64,000 nt of DNA, taken from the NCBI GenBank assembly GCA_003693705.1, contig RBZT01000832.1:1-64000 (forward strand). Direction: 5' to 3'. The DNA is from Polymyxa betae A26-41. Its lineage: Eukaryota; Protista; Endomyxa: Phytomyxea. The notes under the pieces were generated by a model that did no database searches, had not been told where the DNA came from, and was given only the letters and a program-made list of their open reading frames with translations. Position numbers and translations under genes: made by a program. Shown piece after piece: positions 16,091 to 29,642 of this stretch (its first letter is position 1; every line of letters starts with the position of its first letter).

Positions 16091-19000
16091 TAGTTAAAGG
16101 TAGTACGAGGTCTGCTGAGTTTAAGCCGGAAAACGAGCCTGGCGATGGAAACCTTATTATTGCAGAAGGCTCGAGTTCTGGTTGTTGCGAACTATATCGC
16201 TTACATAAGTGAGCATATACATACGCCCTTCTGTCAACAAGATTGGCCATAGTTTGACGATAAAATTGTTCGACGTTGGAAGGAATATAGCTCGCTCCTG
16301 TGGATGCCTCTTTGAAAAACGATTTCTCGGGGTTGTTCACAGAACTTCCGAATTTCGACTTCTTGCGAGATCTTTTGGCTGGTTGCCGGACTTGAGCTCG
16401 CTTGGAGGGTGTAATATCAGGATTGACAGTTTCCTGGCACGTATTGTCTTCAATAACGGCGACGGTCTCGTGAAATTCTTTAAAACTAGTAAACTGGAGC
16501 TTATCATTCTTAATAACGTTTACAGTATCATGACTTGAATTTCGGACGGCAGGTAAAGCTACTGACGAGCCGTGGACTGGAGAATGAGAACTTGGGGATC
16601 GAACAAGTGCTCTTACACGATGGCTGTTGCTAGGTTGGCTTAGCAGATCGATATCATCAAGAAGATCATTGAGTTCAGCATCCGAGTCTGAAGAGGGCCG
16701 TTCAGGTGAGAACCAGGATTTCTGTGGATTCACCTCCCTGATTGGGGAATGCTTTGGTGAAGTTACAATTTCAGAATGAAGCGGTGATAGAACTCCAAGT
16801 TCAACATCGATGTAACCTAATCGGGCCTGAATCGTAATCAGTCAAAGAGGATACTTCAGCTGAGTTAGGTGTTAGAACCTTCGTTATCAAGCCCATCGTG
16901 ACGATCAAAATTTTGGAGATTTCGGAACAATTAACAAGCTGACGAACGGGTTGTTGAACCTGAATTTAGGATGAGCGATTCTTGAAGTAAGCTTCGAGGC
17001 AAAGCTGCGGTTTTACATGGTCAGCGCTTGTACTTGGGCTCCATTCTGGAATGCTCTTGACCTCAGTCTCGTTTAGCATCCAGAGCTGTTCAAACTCACG
17101 CTGCGCTTGCGATGACAGATGACCACAATCCACCTTGCTCTATACAGAATGAATGATGAAAAACGTGATTTTACGAAGCCTCTTTACTTTCGATGATCCT
17201 GACTGTTTTCTGGAAAGGCGAACCGGGTCCCATGGGATGATATCAGAACAATTCTGATCTTCAATGTGCAAAGGTATTCTTGGTGGGCGAACTGGGCATG
17301 GAGAATTCGAAAGTTTAATCGATGGTGAACGCAACAATCGAAACAATGCCTCGATATTCTTCAATTTACTTTGATAGCTTCGCATTTCGTCGCCTTCCAT
17401 CAGCAAAGAAACGCAACGACCGCGTCTCTATCAACAATTTCAATGTAGAACAGCGAAGACTGGCATCAAAGCCGCTTGCACGGTTCACGCCAGAAATGGT
17501 GAGAAATAATACCTGTCGAGCAGTGCGACCCCTTCGTTGAATAGTTCTAAGGGCTGAAGTGGTAGGATTATACTCTATCACCAAATCGACCTCTCCAATA
17601 TCGAGGCCTTCCTCTCCAATGCAAGTGGCGACCAGGACATTGGCAAGACCTGAACGAAACTTTTTCAAAGCCTAACCTCTGTTCATTTAGGGAATTCTGA
17701 AACCAGAATCTTAGTCGACCTCATTTTGTTCTTTGGGGCTCATTCCAGCACTGTCTCCAGCACCTTTTGAGTTCTGTTGCCCAACAAACCGAATGGGTAA
17801 CGTGCCTGGACATCTGCTGATGCAGCTGACGACTTCATCGACTCTTTAGAGAATTTGAGTTTAAAGATGCAGTTCATGTGATTGGCATACATAATTTTGC
17901 ATTCCACAAATACGATCGCTCGACTTTGGGCGCTTTGCTGGAAGTATGATGTTATGAGCTCACTAAGGCGGTGTAGCTTTGGATGCAAAACGGATTTTGA
18001 CAAATAATTTCTGAAAAACAAATCAATCTTGCTGTTGAGCCATCGAAAACGAATCAGTTGAACATAACATGAGAGAAGTCAACGCAACTCCAAAAATGTT
18101 ACAACTTCGCCAGTTCAATTGCTGTGTTGAATGCGGCTTCTTTACTAATATGGACTTGGTGTTTCTTGACGGTGAAATCATGCTGCAGTTGAGTAACAAA
18201 AGCTGATATCGAAGAATTGCAAAGACATTGCCTTGCTGCTAACAAGTCATTAAGTACGAACGCCGGATTCTTGATAGCCCAATTGTTTTCCTGATTCGTT
18301 ATCAGTCCAAGAGCACAAAGCAACTGCATAACTTTACAAGATTCCTTTCTTTTAATTTGGATTCAAATTGCTTCCCCCGAAAATAACCCAATGGAAGCAT
18401 CGTGAAATTTGGCGTCTAATATAGGAGTGAGACCCTCTTCGTATCATCAAATTAGTTTCAAAGCACCTACAAGTAACCCACGGTTCTCAAGAATCGTAGC
18501 TGGCTTCTTGCAAAGTTCATCAACAAGCTTCTATCGGAATGGTCAGCATACGGGACAGCGAGAAATGGCTTCATTACAAGAAGATTTCTTATTTCATCAC
18601 AAAACAGTATCTCGATGACTTCCTCCTCTCTTTCGTTGACATATCTATAAAAATGAGTATAAATGACAACTTCAAAACAAAAAGTACTTCGCGATTTCGG
18701 AGTGCTTCCTATCATAAGCTAAAACTTTTTTGATCATCAGATTATCAATAACGGTTTGGATCTGGGAGCGATCACAACCAGGCGTCGCAGAAAGCGCCAG
18801 GACGCGGAACCTGTTATTGATCTGATGGCGTTTTCCAACAATGTCGGCCATGGGAGCCTTTCCTTTCGCATGATGCGCCTAGAATGTCACAATATTAATG
18901 ACAAGATAAAAGATCTCAGTTTTTACCTCATCGAACACGAAACAGACGATTTCATCCAGCGGACAGCGATTCTCCCGAATGTCATTTTGAACGATATGTG

Positions 19001-20286
19001 GAGTGCAGAATATCAAGCGATGTTGCTCCCAAAGTGAGACCCGATTGCTGTAGTAACCAACCGATCAGTCTAAAATTTATTCGAGAAAGATAGACAAATA
19101 CTCAGGGGCAACATCCTGCATTACTGTCATTGCACCGGTTGGGATTGGGACCATTTCCGAACAAGCTCTAGCCTAAAACAAGAACAACATTTCAGACAGT
19201 ATGGAACGAAATCCATAAGATTAACCTGTTGCAAAACAAGCTGGCATGTTGGAGCCATAAACACACATTTACCAGTCGGGTACCATCGTAGCATATTAAT
19301 TATCAGGACTGAAGCGATGAACGTTTTCCCTATGACAATAATAACAATGAGCACGAACTAGAAGCAAACGAAAGTTGTGAAATAAATTGTAAACCAGAAA
19401 GCAAGTCAAATCCAAAAACAGTAAATTTCAAATACTAAATTACCTAGACCGGTTGGAAGAACAGCTAACGTATTTTGCTGCAAACAATGGTGGGCAAACT
19501 TGTTAAAGTTGGAGGATCCACTACCTGGACTGCAGATGTCACACAATCGACCTGATAGCCTCGTTTGGGGAAATTGATAGGGTACATCAGAGTAGTAACA
19601 ACGTCAACATCAGTAGTAAGCCAAGTTTTAGCTTCTTCCAGGTTAAATTCAACAATCGCTGATCTGATAGTTTCTGGATCTACAGGCGAACCATGGAAAT
19701 AGTCCCCAATCTTGGTCTGTGCTGGAGGTAGCCGATTAGGAGCAGGAACCGAAATAGCCGATCTGGAAGCCTTTTGGAAACGACGCGAATCAACAGGAAT
19801 CGCGGATGGACTACGATCGTCCCAATCGTTATGATGATAATTGCTGATGGTCCCTCTAGGCGCCATGTGCTGATGGGAAGCATAAGCTCGCTCGTGATAA
19901 AAACCATTCCGACGATCAAGCGGGCCATCTTCAACAGCTGCAGCTAAAGCATCATAGTCGATCTCATCATCAGAGATAAACACGTTCTCAGTTTCCAGCT
20001 GTGCTGTAGCTGGCTGATGAGACCTATGAGCAGATGCCTGATTAGACACATTTCGATGATTGCAGCTGTCGTTTTCAATCAAAAGATATGGATCTAGAAG
20101 AGCGTTGTCAAGCTCATCGCTAGATGAAATGTAAACAGTTTCAATTTTGTTTGTTGATGCAGCTGGCAGGTTGGAAACATGAGCTGGCGCCTGATACGAC
20201 ACGTTTTGATCAGGAGGATTGCCATTGCTTAAAAATGCAGCGATTGCATCGTCGTCGATGCTTTCATCGTCGAAATAATCAGTCAT
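16080..20286 (-). CDS. FANCM: FANCM/Mph1/Hef-family DEAH DNA helicase, multi-exon
   Basis: Motifs are YPINFPKRGYQ, VLPTGL|GKTFIASV...WYPTGKCVFMAPT, FVFDE|AHHA, VLALSATPG, HPKLHRL...SRAIVF and NVLVATCIGEEGLDIGEVDLVI...IQRRGRTAR. Confidence 0.92.
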
Positions 20287-21311
20287 AGAGCGTCAAGCAG
20301 GCAGATGATGTTGTCGACAGCATTTCGTTGAGAGCAGGCGCAGTGATCAGTAAGAAATGATCTCTCTACGGGGTCCCCTCACTCCTTGTCAACAAGCGTT
20401 AAGATGTTTTTGTGGCAATACTGAACATATCTAACAAACAAAAAAAGGAAAGGAACATATCTATGTCAATTATAACCATGCATTAAGCACCTGGGACAGA
20501 AGATGCTAGGTTTAGACACCCCTGAACGAGAAAAGGAATGAGAGTTCGGAATTTCACGATTTGTTTCGATGGGATCAGTCTGGGTCAGAGAGCATGTACA
20601 AAGTTCATTGTCATTTCCTCGACATTGAGCCACCATTGTTTCGAGTCAATCAAAGCATTTACAGAGTTTCAAGAAAATATGAATATCTTCAACTCTCCTG
20701 CAAGCGCTGCTTGGATTGCACTGATAATGAAACTCCAAGTTGGAGATCGATCCGTCGAATCGCTCGAGGGATTCACAAGTAGCATTCGGTTTTGTTCATA
20801 TGAAAGATATGTATTTACTGCTGACAAAAGTGATATCCCGATATTTAAATGCGGTAGTATACATTAGAAACTGATTTAAAGACCACCGTCTTCATCTTAT
20901 TTGCATTTCTGCAAAAACATGATTCAGTAAACTCGCACAAGCTTTGATTTGTCCATATTTCCGATGGGACCGGATTCTTTGCTGTGATTTTCGCCATCTA
21001 GCGTCAGTTGTTGCAAGATATCTCCAAGTTCTCAGCAAGCGCTGCCTTTTGCGGTGGCGATGCTTCTACGCTGCCGCCCAAGACAAGAGAGAGAGAGAAA
21101 CGAAGAAACACTTGCCGCGTTTGTGGCTAGTGGCTGTGCAGCCAAAGGAAAATGTTAACACAGTGACCGTGACGGTGGTTATTTCCACCTAAGCGTCCGA
21201 TGTATCATATATTTTAAGGGCATTGCAGAATCGGACGCTGCATCCATAGGGAGAGTGCGAGCTCCCTCCCGTTCTCGAACGTTCTAGATCATCATAATTC
21301 TAATCGCAGAC

Positions 21312-24300
21312 ATGGCGGTAGGTTCTGAAATGGCAACCATCGTCGCGCCGGCAAAGAAAGTAATTAGCGAATCACAGAGCTTAGTAAGAAGTGAAGTAGA
21401 GGTGCCAATTTCAAGGCCGCAATTCACGCTCTCGCCTCATAATCCGATCTCGGCTTGTTCATTTTTCTGGATCTTTCGACTTCTATGGAAGTCGTTGAGA
21501 TGTGGTCCCGAAAACATTGACGTCAGCCTCGATAAGCGCTCCCGGGCTTTACCAGCAAGCGATGCTTTGAGCCAGGCATGGAAACAGCAACCTCGGTCGC
21601 TGCTTCAAGCGACATTCAGTGCCTTTGGCACAGCGTATTTGATGCAGGGAATTTGGAAGCTGGCATGGGCCGCATGTACATGGCTTTGCGCTTATTGGAT
21701 ATTGCAACAAATGATGAGAGGCCCGACCTTCGGTCTCTCAATTGCGCTCTTAGTTGCAGCTGCTGTATCTGCTGTAACAATTCAGGTATAATGAGTTCGA
21801 TTCATCAAAGCAATCAATAACCAGTGATATAGAGACTGTATCAAGGAACATTTTTGGTTGGGTTACGGATTCGATCAGCTCTTATCGATATGGTTTACAG
21901 AAAATCAATGGTGCTCTCTCCTGCAAACGTGAACATTGGTCACATTATGACCCTGATTGCCAACGATATCGAGGCGATTGCAGACGCCGCAACCCAATTT
22001 CACTTGTTAGTTTCGCTGCTCTTTTGCAATCACTGATTTCTGACTGTTTCTGAAGTTTATGGTCGGGCTGCGTCGAAGTTGTCGGCATTCTGTTTATCGC
22101 CTGGGTTTTGGCTGGATGGAGAAGCGCTTTGGCCCCAATCTTGTTCGTGGTGGCTGTTATTCTCCCAATCCAGCTGTATCTAGGAAAGCTGGTGTCTCGC
22201 ACATCTGACGCTTTCTTCAAGGGAGCAAGTAACCGCCTACATCTGATGACCGAATTTTTGACCGCGATCAAGCTGATCAAGTTTTATGCATGGGAGTCTA
22301 CAGCTCGCGATAAAGTCTCGGAAGTACGCGCTCGTGAATCTGCAGCCGCTTCCTTGCAAACAATCGCTCGTGCAATCAATTTCGCCTTCGTATTTGCTGG
22401 GCCTGTTATTGCCACTTTAACCTGTCTGTTGGTTCTTCAACTGACAAATGCCAAGCTCGACCCTGTATTGGCGTTCACTTTGGTCTCTCTTTTCAACACT
22501 CTCCGATATCCTCTGCTTATGATGCCTCTTGCTGTCAAATCGTGCTCCAGTGCGCTCACCGGTTTCCGATCTATCGACGCGTTCCTACGTAAACCAGAAA
22601 TGGTTGACGACCGTGATAGCAAGAATTGCGGCGACAAGGATATCATATTCCGAAACGCCTCCTGTAAATGGGAACAGACCACAACGGACACGTTGCAGCA
22701 GATCTCGCTGGAGGTCCGTCCTGGTGAAATTCTGGCTGTCATTGGTGATGTGGGCAGCGGGAAATCTTCGCTCATTGCAGCCATGTTAGGACAGATGAAG
22801 ATTACATCCGGATCAATCAGTGCTCGTGGTCTGATTTCGTACTGCCCGCAAGAAGCCTGGCTGATCAATTCAACTCTAAAAGAAAACATTCTGTTCGGCA
22901 CCGAATATGATGAGAAGCGCTACAATGATGTTATCTCAATCTGTTCTCTCGAGCGTGATCTGTCTCTGTTTCCAGAGGGCGATCAAGTCGCTATCAGCGA
23001 ACGTGGTGCGAATCTCTCCGGTGGTCAACGTCAACGTGTTTCTGTCGCCCGGGCTGTTTATTCGCACAGCAATATCGTTCTTCTTGATGATCCGCTTAGC
23101 GCTCTTGACCAAGCTGTCGGTCGTCATATCTTTGATAACTGTTTCAAGACCTGTCTAAAGGATCGCGCCGTGGTCTTGGTTACCCATCAACTTCAGTATT
23201 TACCAGAATGCACTCGTATTGCCATCATGGACAAAGGTCGCGTTATTCAATATGGGACATACTCCGATTTGATGGCTGAGCCTGAGAGCCGTCTCCGAAA
23301 CTTAATGACTCAGTTCAGTGATGTTGAAAGCAGTATCGTTCCTGAAGTGCTTGATGAAGACATTATTCGGATGATTCGTATTCCTAGTGAAGATATAACT
23401 GCTCCTGAACAATTCAAGGAACCTGTCAGCAGCGCTAGCGTTGAACTGAAAGAAGTTGTGACGTCTCCAACCGAAGAGAATTCGAAGAAGGGTGATTTAA
23501 TCGAACTTGAAACTCTAAACCGGATAGCTGGTCTTAATCAGCAGATGGCTATTCACGCCAAGACGGTCGACGAATCGCTTCTAGTTCAAAAAGCCGAATA
23601 CGAGCATAAAACGCTTTTTGGACCGAAACATCTACCGGTCAGTCAAGACGGTCACAATGATCGTGAGTTCTCACGAACTGTCGCTCACAACATGTAACGC
23701 TTTCTGTCTTTCTTGTCCATTTGTTGATGGTTTTTAGGATGCAACCTTTGACAACAATCACCAAGCCGTTTTTGATGCAAACGACAGCACAAGTTTCAGG
23801 AAAGGAGTCCTCAGAGAAATGGATTACCGCCAAACGAGCCTGGGTGCGATATCTTCGTCAAGCTCCTGGTCTTACTACCTCAATCAGCGTGTTCACCTTT
23901 TTCTGGATCGCTCATTGCTTCCGTCTTGGTAGTGATATCTGGGTCAAAGTCTGGCAGGGCGCCCCTGGATCTGGCTTCAAGAAATACTCGCTGGGTAAAA
24001 CCTATGACATTATTGTGTACGCGGCGATTGTTTTCATGTTCACCCTTTGCGTCTTGCTTCGTGGACTTTGGTGGTCATTTGTTTCTGCGAGGAAAGCTCG
24101 GGATCTGCACGACTCCATGCTTTTCTCATTGCTCCGGGCCCCTATGGCTTTTTACGACAAGACCCCACTAGGACGCATCCTGCAATCTTCTTCTAAACAT
24201 CAATCTGATGCTGATGACCGTCTCCCAGATTCATTGATGCAGTATATGCAATACCTGCCTCTGGCGGTCGGCTCATTAGCTATCATGACTTGGCAATCGT

Positions 24301-25743
24301 CGTTGCCTATCTATATGTTTGTGGTACTGATTATACTGGGTGCACTTGGCTGTGCTCTGGTTTGGTTCACCAGAAAATCTGGAGGCGTGTATTATTACAA
24401 AGACCAACAAGCGCTGTCGAAGACCATTTTGTTCTCGCATATCACAGCCAGTTTGGAGGGTTTATTCTCTATTCGAGCATTCCGCTGCCAAGAGCGATTC
24501 CGGAATATTCTTCTCGACAGTCTTGACACCGTTTCTGCTTTTGATTACTCGACACAATGCATTCGTTTTTTGGTCGCGCTGTACATCGATGTGTTATGTT
24601 CTCTGGCTATCTTTTTCAATGCGTTCTTCTTCGTTGTCGAGCCCACCGATTCTGCGACGGTCGGTCTTTCATTATCCAATGCTCTTCAACTTCTCGTTTT
24701 CGTCCAATGGACTCTCAGAATGTGGGAGGAGAGCCAGGCTGCTATCTTATCAATTGGAAATCTTCACTACCTCTCTGAAAAGATTCCTTCTGAAGCTCCA
24801 ACCGTCATTGAAACTTCGCGACCAGATAAGGACTGGCCAGTTGAAGGTCGAATCGACTTCAACGATGTCGTTCTGAGGTACTCTACTTTTGGCGTTGCTG
24901 TTTTGAAGAGAATCAATTTCACTATTCAAGCAAGAGAGAAGATTGGTATTGTTGGACGAACTGTACGCTCTTCTTTCTGTTCAAATTATCTTGGCTGACT
25001 TGACACTTTAGGGCTCTGGGAAATCCACTTTGCTTGTTGCATTACTTCGCATTGTGGAATTAGCTGGTGGCCGTATTGTTATTGACGGATTAGACATCTC
25101 CACCATTGGTCTTGAGGATCTTCGCCGCAAGGTGGCTATTATTCCACAAGAATCTGTTTTATTTTCCGGAACAATCCGGGAGAATTTGGACCCGACGGAT
25201 TCATGCTCAGATGACGCGATCTGGCACGCTTTGGAATCTGTTAACTTGGCTGACAACATTAGACAGCTCCCTGGTGGTTTTAATGCACAAGTTGTTGACC
25301 AAGGGCCCCGATTCTCGTTAGGGCAGAGGCAGCTTTTCTGTATCGCCCGGGCTATTCTGATGAAGTCGAATGTTATCGTTCTTGATGAAGCGACTGCAGC
25401 CATTGATGCACAGACTGATGCTCTTGTGCAGAAGGCTATCACTGAAAACTTCGCAGACTGCACTGTTCTAACGATTGCCCATCGTCTGAATACCATTATT
25501 CAATCAGATCGTATTTTGATGATGAATGCCGGCAGAGTTGTTGAATTCGACAAGCCGTTTACCCTTCTGAACAACACGAGAGGTCATTTCCACCAGCTTG
25601 TTGAACAAACTGGACCAGAAACTTCCCGAAAACTATGGCAGCTTGCTCATGACAAGTTCGTTCAAGACCGTGAAATAATGCAACAACAGCCTGAGGCAGC
25701 TTTCTTGTCGCAATTTTACAGGCCCCAAGAAGTTACAGAATGA
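21312..25743 (+). CDS. ABCC/MRP-family ABC transporter, paralog A (4 introns)
   Basis: TMD1, then NBD1 with GDVGSGKSS, NLSGGQRQR and LLDDPLSA. TMD2 has FYDKTPLGRIL. NBD2 has GIVGRT|GSGKST, FSLGQRQL, VLDEATAA and TIAHRLNT. Confidence 0.95.
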
Positions 25744-25999
25744 GCCAAATCTGACCTCCGTCTTGTCATTGTGATTTCACTGTTGAAAATATCTGCCCCA
25801 AATGTTAAAATATACAGACCTATGCTTATTCATTGCATCCAGACCTTTTAATGTGAATAAAAATATATCATAGTTTACAATCACCCATGATAACGATCAT
25901 CTGTTGAGTAGTCAGCCAGCAAGATTGCAACAGTAAAAGAAGGTTGACCCCGGGAGGGTACCTGATGATCTCTTCGAAAAGGCCTGGAGATCGGGAGGA

Positions 26000-28468
26000 A
26001 TGGCGACAATTCGCAGTGCCATCCAAGTTTTCGTCCGAACTCGACCTACAAGCCATTTCGCTCACGATGCTATTCGCATTGACCAAGACACGGTCAATAT
26101 CCACTTCGACCGTCTATCAGGCTCTACGGCGACTCTGAATAATCTGCAGCAAGATTGGTCATTTAAGTTTGCAAAGGTTCTTCATAATGAAAACCAAGAA
26201 GCAATTTTCGACACATGCGGCCACGATATGGTATCAAACCGGATTCAGGTTTATTTTTGGGCATACGAGACACTGATAGTGCTCAGGTTTCATCGGTCTT
26301 AAATGGCTATAATGGAACGTTGATGGCGTATGGTCAAACAGGTGCAGGAAAAACGTTCACGATGGGCAATGCTAATTTCGACTATAAACATCGTGGCTTA
26401 ACGCCTCGTGCCATTTCATCATTATTTCGGTCATTAGCATCCAGGACAGGTTAACAACCTGGCAACCACAATCGGAATGTTTCTCATTAAAAATGCAGGA
26501 AACTCCAACACGGAAATCTCAGTTCAGGTTTCCTATCTGGAGATATACAACGAGACCTTTCGGGATCTGCTCGCCGACGACGATATGGAATCGCGAGATC
26601 TGTCAGTTCGAGAGGACGGAAATGGGCGCGTCTCTGTAAAAGGATTGACAAAAGCCCCGGTCATGACAGAAGAACAGGCGCTGAGCCTGTTGTTCGAGGG
26701 CGACGCCAATCGTGCCATGGGCCAGCACGCCCATAATCGCGCCTCGTCCCGATCCCATACCATATTCACGATCCATGTCGAGTCGCGTTCTCGTGTTGAA
26801 AACGGATCGAAGTTGATTGCATCGAAGCTGAACCTGGTGGATCTAGCTGGAAGCGAACGTGTTGCTAAAACTGATAGTCGTGGACAGGCGTTACAGGTCG
26901 GTGCCAATGGCGCTTTTCAGACAAAAGATGTTGACTGATGATCAGGAAGCTTTGTATATCAACCGTTCGTTGTCGTTCTTAGAGCAGGTCGTTATCGCTC
27001 TTAGCGAGAAGAATCGCGATCATATCCCGTTTCGTTCTTCGAGATTAACTCATGTGCTGCGTGATTCGTTGGGTATTTCTGGAGACTCTTCGCTGTATGC
27101 CTGTTTTAATGAACATATCAGGTGGCAATAGTATCACGAGGCTTATTGCAAATATCTGGCCTGAAGCCCAGCATCTGGATGAAACCATTTCTACGTTAAA
27201 GTTTGCAACAAGGATGATGCGTCTTACGACCAATGCTGTTGTCAATGTCGAACCAGACGCTCAGCTGCTTTTGAAGCAATATGAACTAGAAATTGCTCTG
27301 CTGAAAAAGCGTCTCGCAAAGGTACACGAGCTTTTCTGACCGATCTGTTTAATGAACTAATTTACAGCACGATATGAGTATTGATCGAGCGCCAAGCCTT
27401 TTTGCAAGCACAGCTACAGAATCGGAAACTGATCTCCGTTCCAAAATCGAGCGATACGTTTCTGGAGAGATCGAAGAAATCGAAGTTACCAACATGCGCC
27501 AAATGGAAGATGTCATGCGTCATTTTAAAACATTGCTGCTAGAATTGCGAACCCAAGAGCATGCAGCAATCAGCAGCCAACCAGAAGCATCAGCACCCCT
27601 TCAGCCAAAACCTGCTGTCCAATCAGTTTCCGAAAAGGAGGTATCAGCTGCTACAAACCCGCAATCGGAATTTTCAGAAAAGAAGGCAGAGCTTGGTGAC
27701 GATGGCAATAATGCAATTACAGACGATGGTAAAGCCCAGAATAGTCAGTTAGCGGAAAAGGTGCCGCTATTAGCGATTGAAGCGGGATCTGCGCTGAAAA
27801 GCGAAGACGAAGCGTTCAGCGAATGGACTAGCAGAGAGGGTGCTGCTTTAAACAGTGAATATTCCCAATCGATGACGCATTCGCGTGAGCTTCGGGTCCA
27901 GCTTCGTGCTGCAGGCGCCAAAGTCAACGCCGCCAAGCGAGAAATCGACGAGTTATCCAGCAGACTAACTGCGATCCGCTTGAAAAAGAAACCGATCGAA
28001 TATGAGTGTGGCGATGTCCAAATAATCATTGACGAAGACGAGTTCGCTGTGATTTGCGAACTAAAAAAACGCAAAGCCAATTATATGGTAGCTTTCAAGG
28101 AATGGGAGCGTCTCAAAACAGAAACGTCGGAAGCAAAAGACCGAATCCATAAAATGAAAACCCAAATGGCGCACGAGTTTCTACAATGGTTTACCGCTGG
28201 TTTATTTCCACAAACCTGAATCTGACTGCAAACAGGTGTGATGCAAAGCGAGCCACCGAGAACGCCGACATTCTGGACGACGATGAGCAGTTCGATAAAC
28301 TGGAAACCGAGCGGATTTTAAGCACCGATCCGGATTCGCTCCCGTACTACAGCGCTCGAAAGGCGCTTCTACGAAAAGTCAGCAAGGTCCCTATCACCTG
28401 AATATGGATTTCGCGAATGACATGCTATTCAGAAACGATCAGCTAGGCGGACGGCGGTCATTCGATAG
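26000..28468 (+). CDS. KIF9: Kinesin-9 family motor (KIF9/KLP1-like), multi-exon
   Basis: IQVFVRTRPTSHFAHD, NNLQQDWSFKF, GYNGTLMAYGQTGAGKTFTM, NRASSRSH, LVDLAGSER and HIPFRSSRLTHVLRDSLG. The tail has IIIDEDEF and DDDEQFDKLETERILSTDPDSLPYYSA, typical of kinesin-9. Confidence 0.9.
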
Positions 28469-28747
28469 TGTCTGGCATGCCATGGCTCGAGCAGGCTGGC
28501 GATCATGCAATAGAACGACATTCGATAGAAATGTAAAAGCAGCGAAGAATCCCAAAGTCTGTCACTAATACATACACCTATGAGAGAGGATTATTAAACG
28601 TTGCGTGCTTGACTGGGTGTATTGGCGCCTTATGTGAGTTATATGTCCATAAAAATGACCATTTTTTTTTAGGAAGCGGAGCCCGCCAGGTCGATCAGTT
28701 CGATCGGATCGAATCGACTGGGTCGATTGAATCACTTGAATGGGTGG

Positions 28748-29430
28748 ATGGGACCTCCCTCAACAACGAAACTGCTGGAGAAACCTGCATGGCGCGGCCT
28801 GGTCGTTGGTGGATTTGTAATTGCAATATGAGTGGGTGGGTCTCGTTCAGTGTCTGGCACAATGCAGACTGGACTTGGTTCTGTCACTTACGATCGGCAT
28901 GACTTTCGACGGTTCCCTTCGCTTTGCATAACATCTGAAAGTAGGAACCTAGACTTCGATCAGAAGTACACTCGAGGGGACGCTGGCGTGGAGGAGATTC
29001 TGTCGACGATGGCGTCGTTGGAGAACTCACTGGCCTTTCCAGATTCGGTCGATGAGGGAAGCAACGTGATTAAGGCTTATCTTCGCTCAGCAATCGACCA
29101 GGACCCGCGCATCATGCTCATAAACTGTAATATGCCCAGTACAGTGTTTGTGTTGTTCAGTGTGGTGATCGGAACCCAGTTCAAATATTATTATCGTAAA
29201 TCATAGAAACAGCCGAATTTTGCCAGGCAGCCATTGCCGTCAGTCCAGACGGAACTCTTAGCCAAGGGTTCAATTCGAAAGAACACACTTGTCGATGTTG
29301 AAGAGTCATGTTTTCAAACAAATTTGGACTTTGGTATTGATTCTACATACTCGCTCAGAAGAAGGATATGATCGACGATCTTCCAGTTTCTTAACGCTCA
29401 AACACTCCCGAATCGAAATGGGCTGAAGTC
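28748..29430 (+). CDS. Putative small multi-exon hypothetical protein
   Basis: MGPPSTTKLLEKPAWRGLVVGGF joins in phase 0, through a 51-nt GT-AG intron, to the ORF TGLGSVTYDRHDFRR...AIDQDPRIMLIN. Further exons are ambiguous and no family was recognised. Confidence 0.3.
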
Positions 29431-29642
29431 CGAACTTCATCAGCACGAAGCATTCTGGCCTTTCAATACACAGGGAGAGTTTACATAAAACAGAAAGGAT
29501 TGAACATAAAAATTGATCAAAAAAAGGAGCGCCTTATGTTAAATATTTGACTTGTGTTTATGTTAACTTCGAAGTCAGATTGCGGGGGGGAGGCAGCAGA
29601 CTACTGCACAGAGAGAGAGAGATAGTCTCAACAGTGTGTAAA

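Noticed and set aside
15767-16212. ORFs 15767-15973 and 15931-16212
   Set aside because: They lie within the non-coding inverted-repeat element and have no transposase motifs.
20538-21192. Short ORFs between the divergent FANCM and ABCC genes
   Set aside because: There are no recognisable motifs or splice-consistent model, so this is probably promoter/intergenic sequence.
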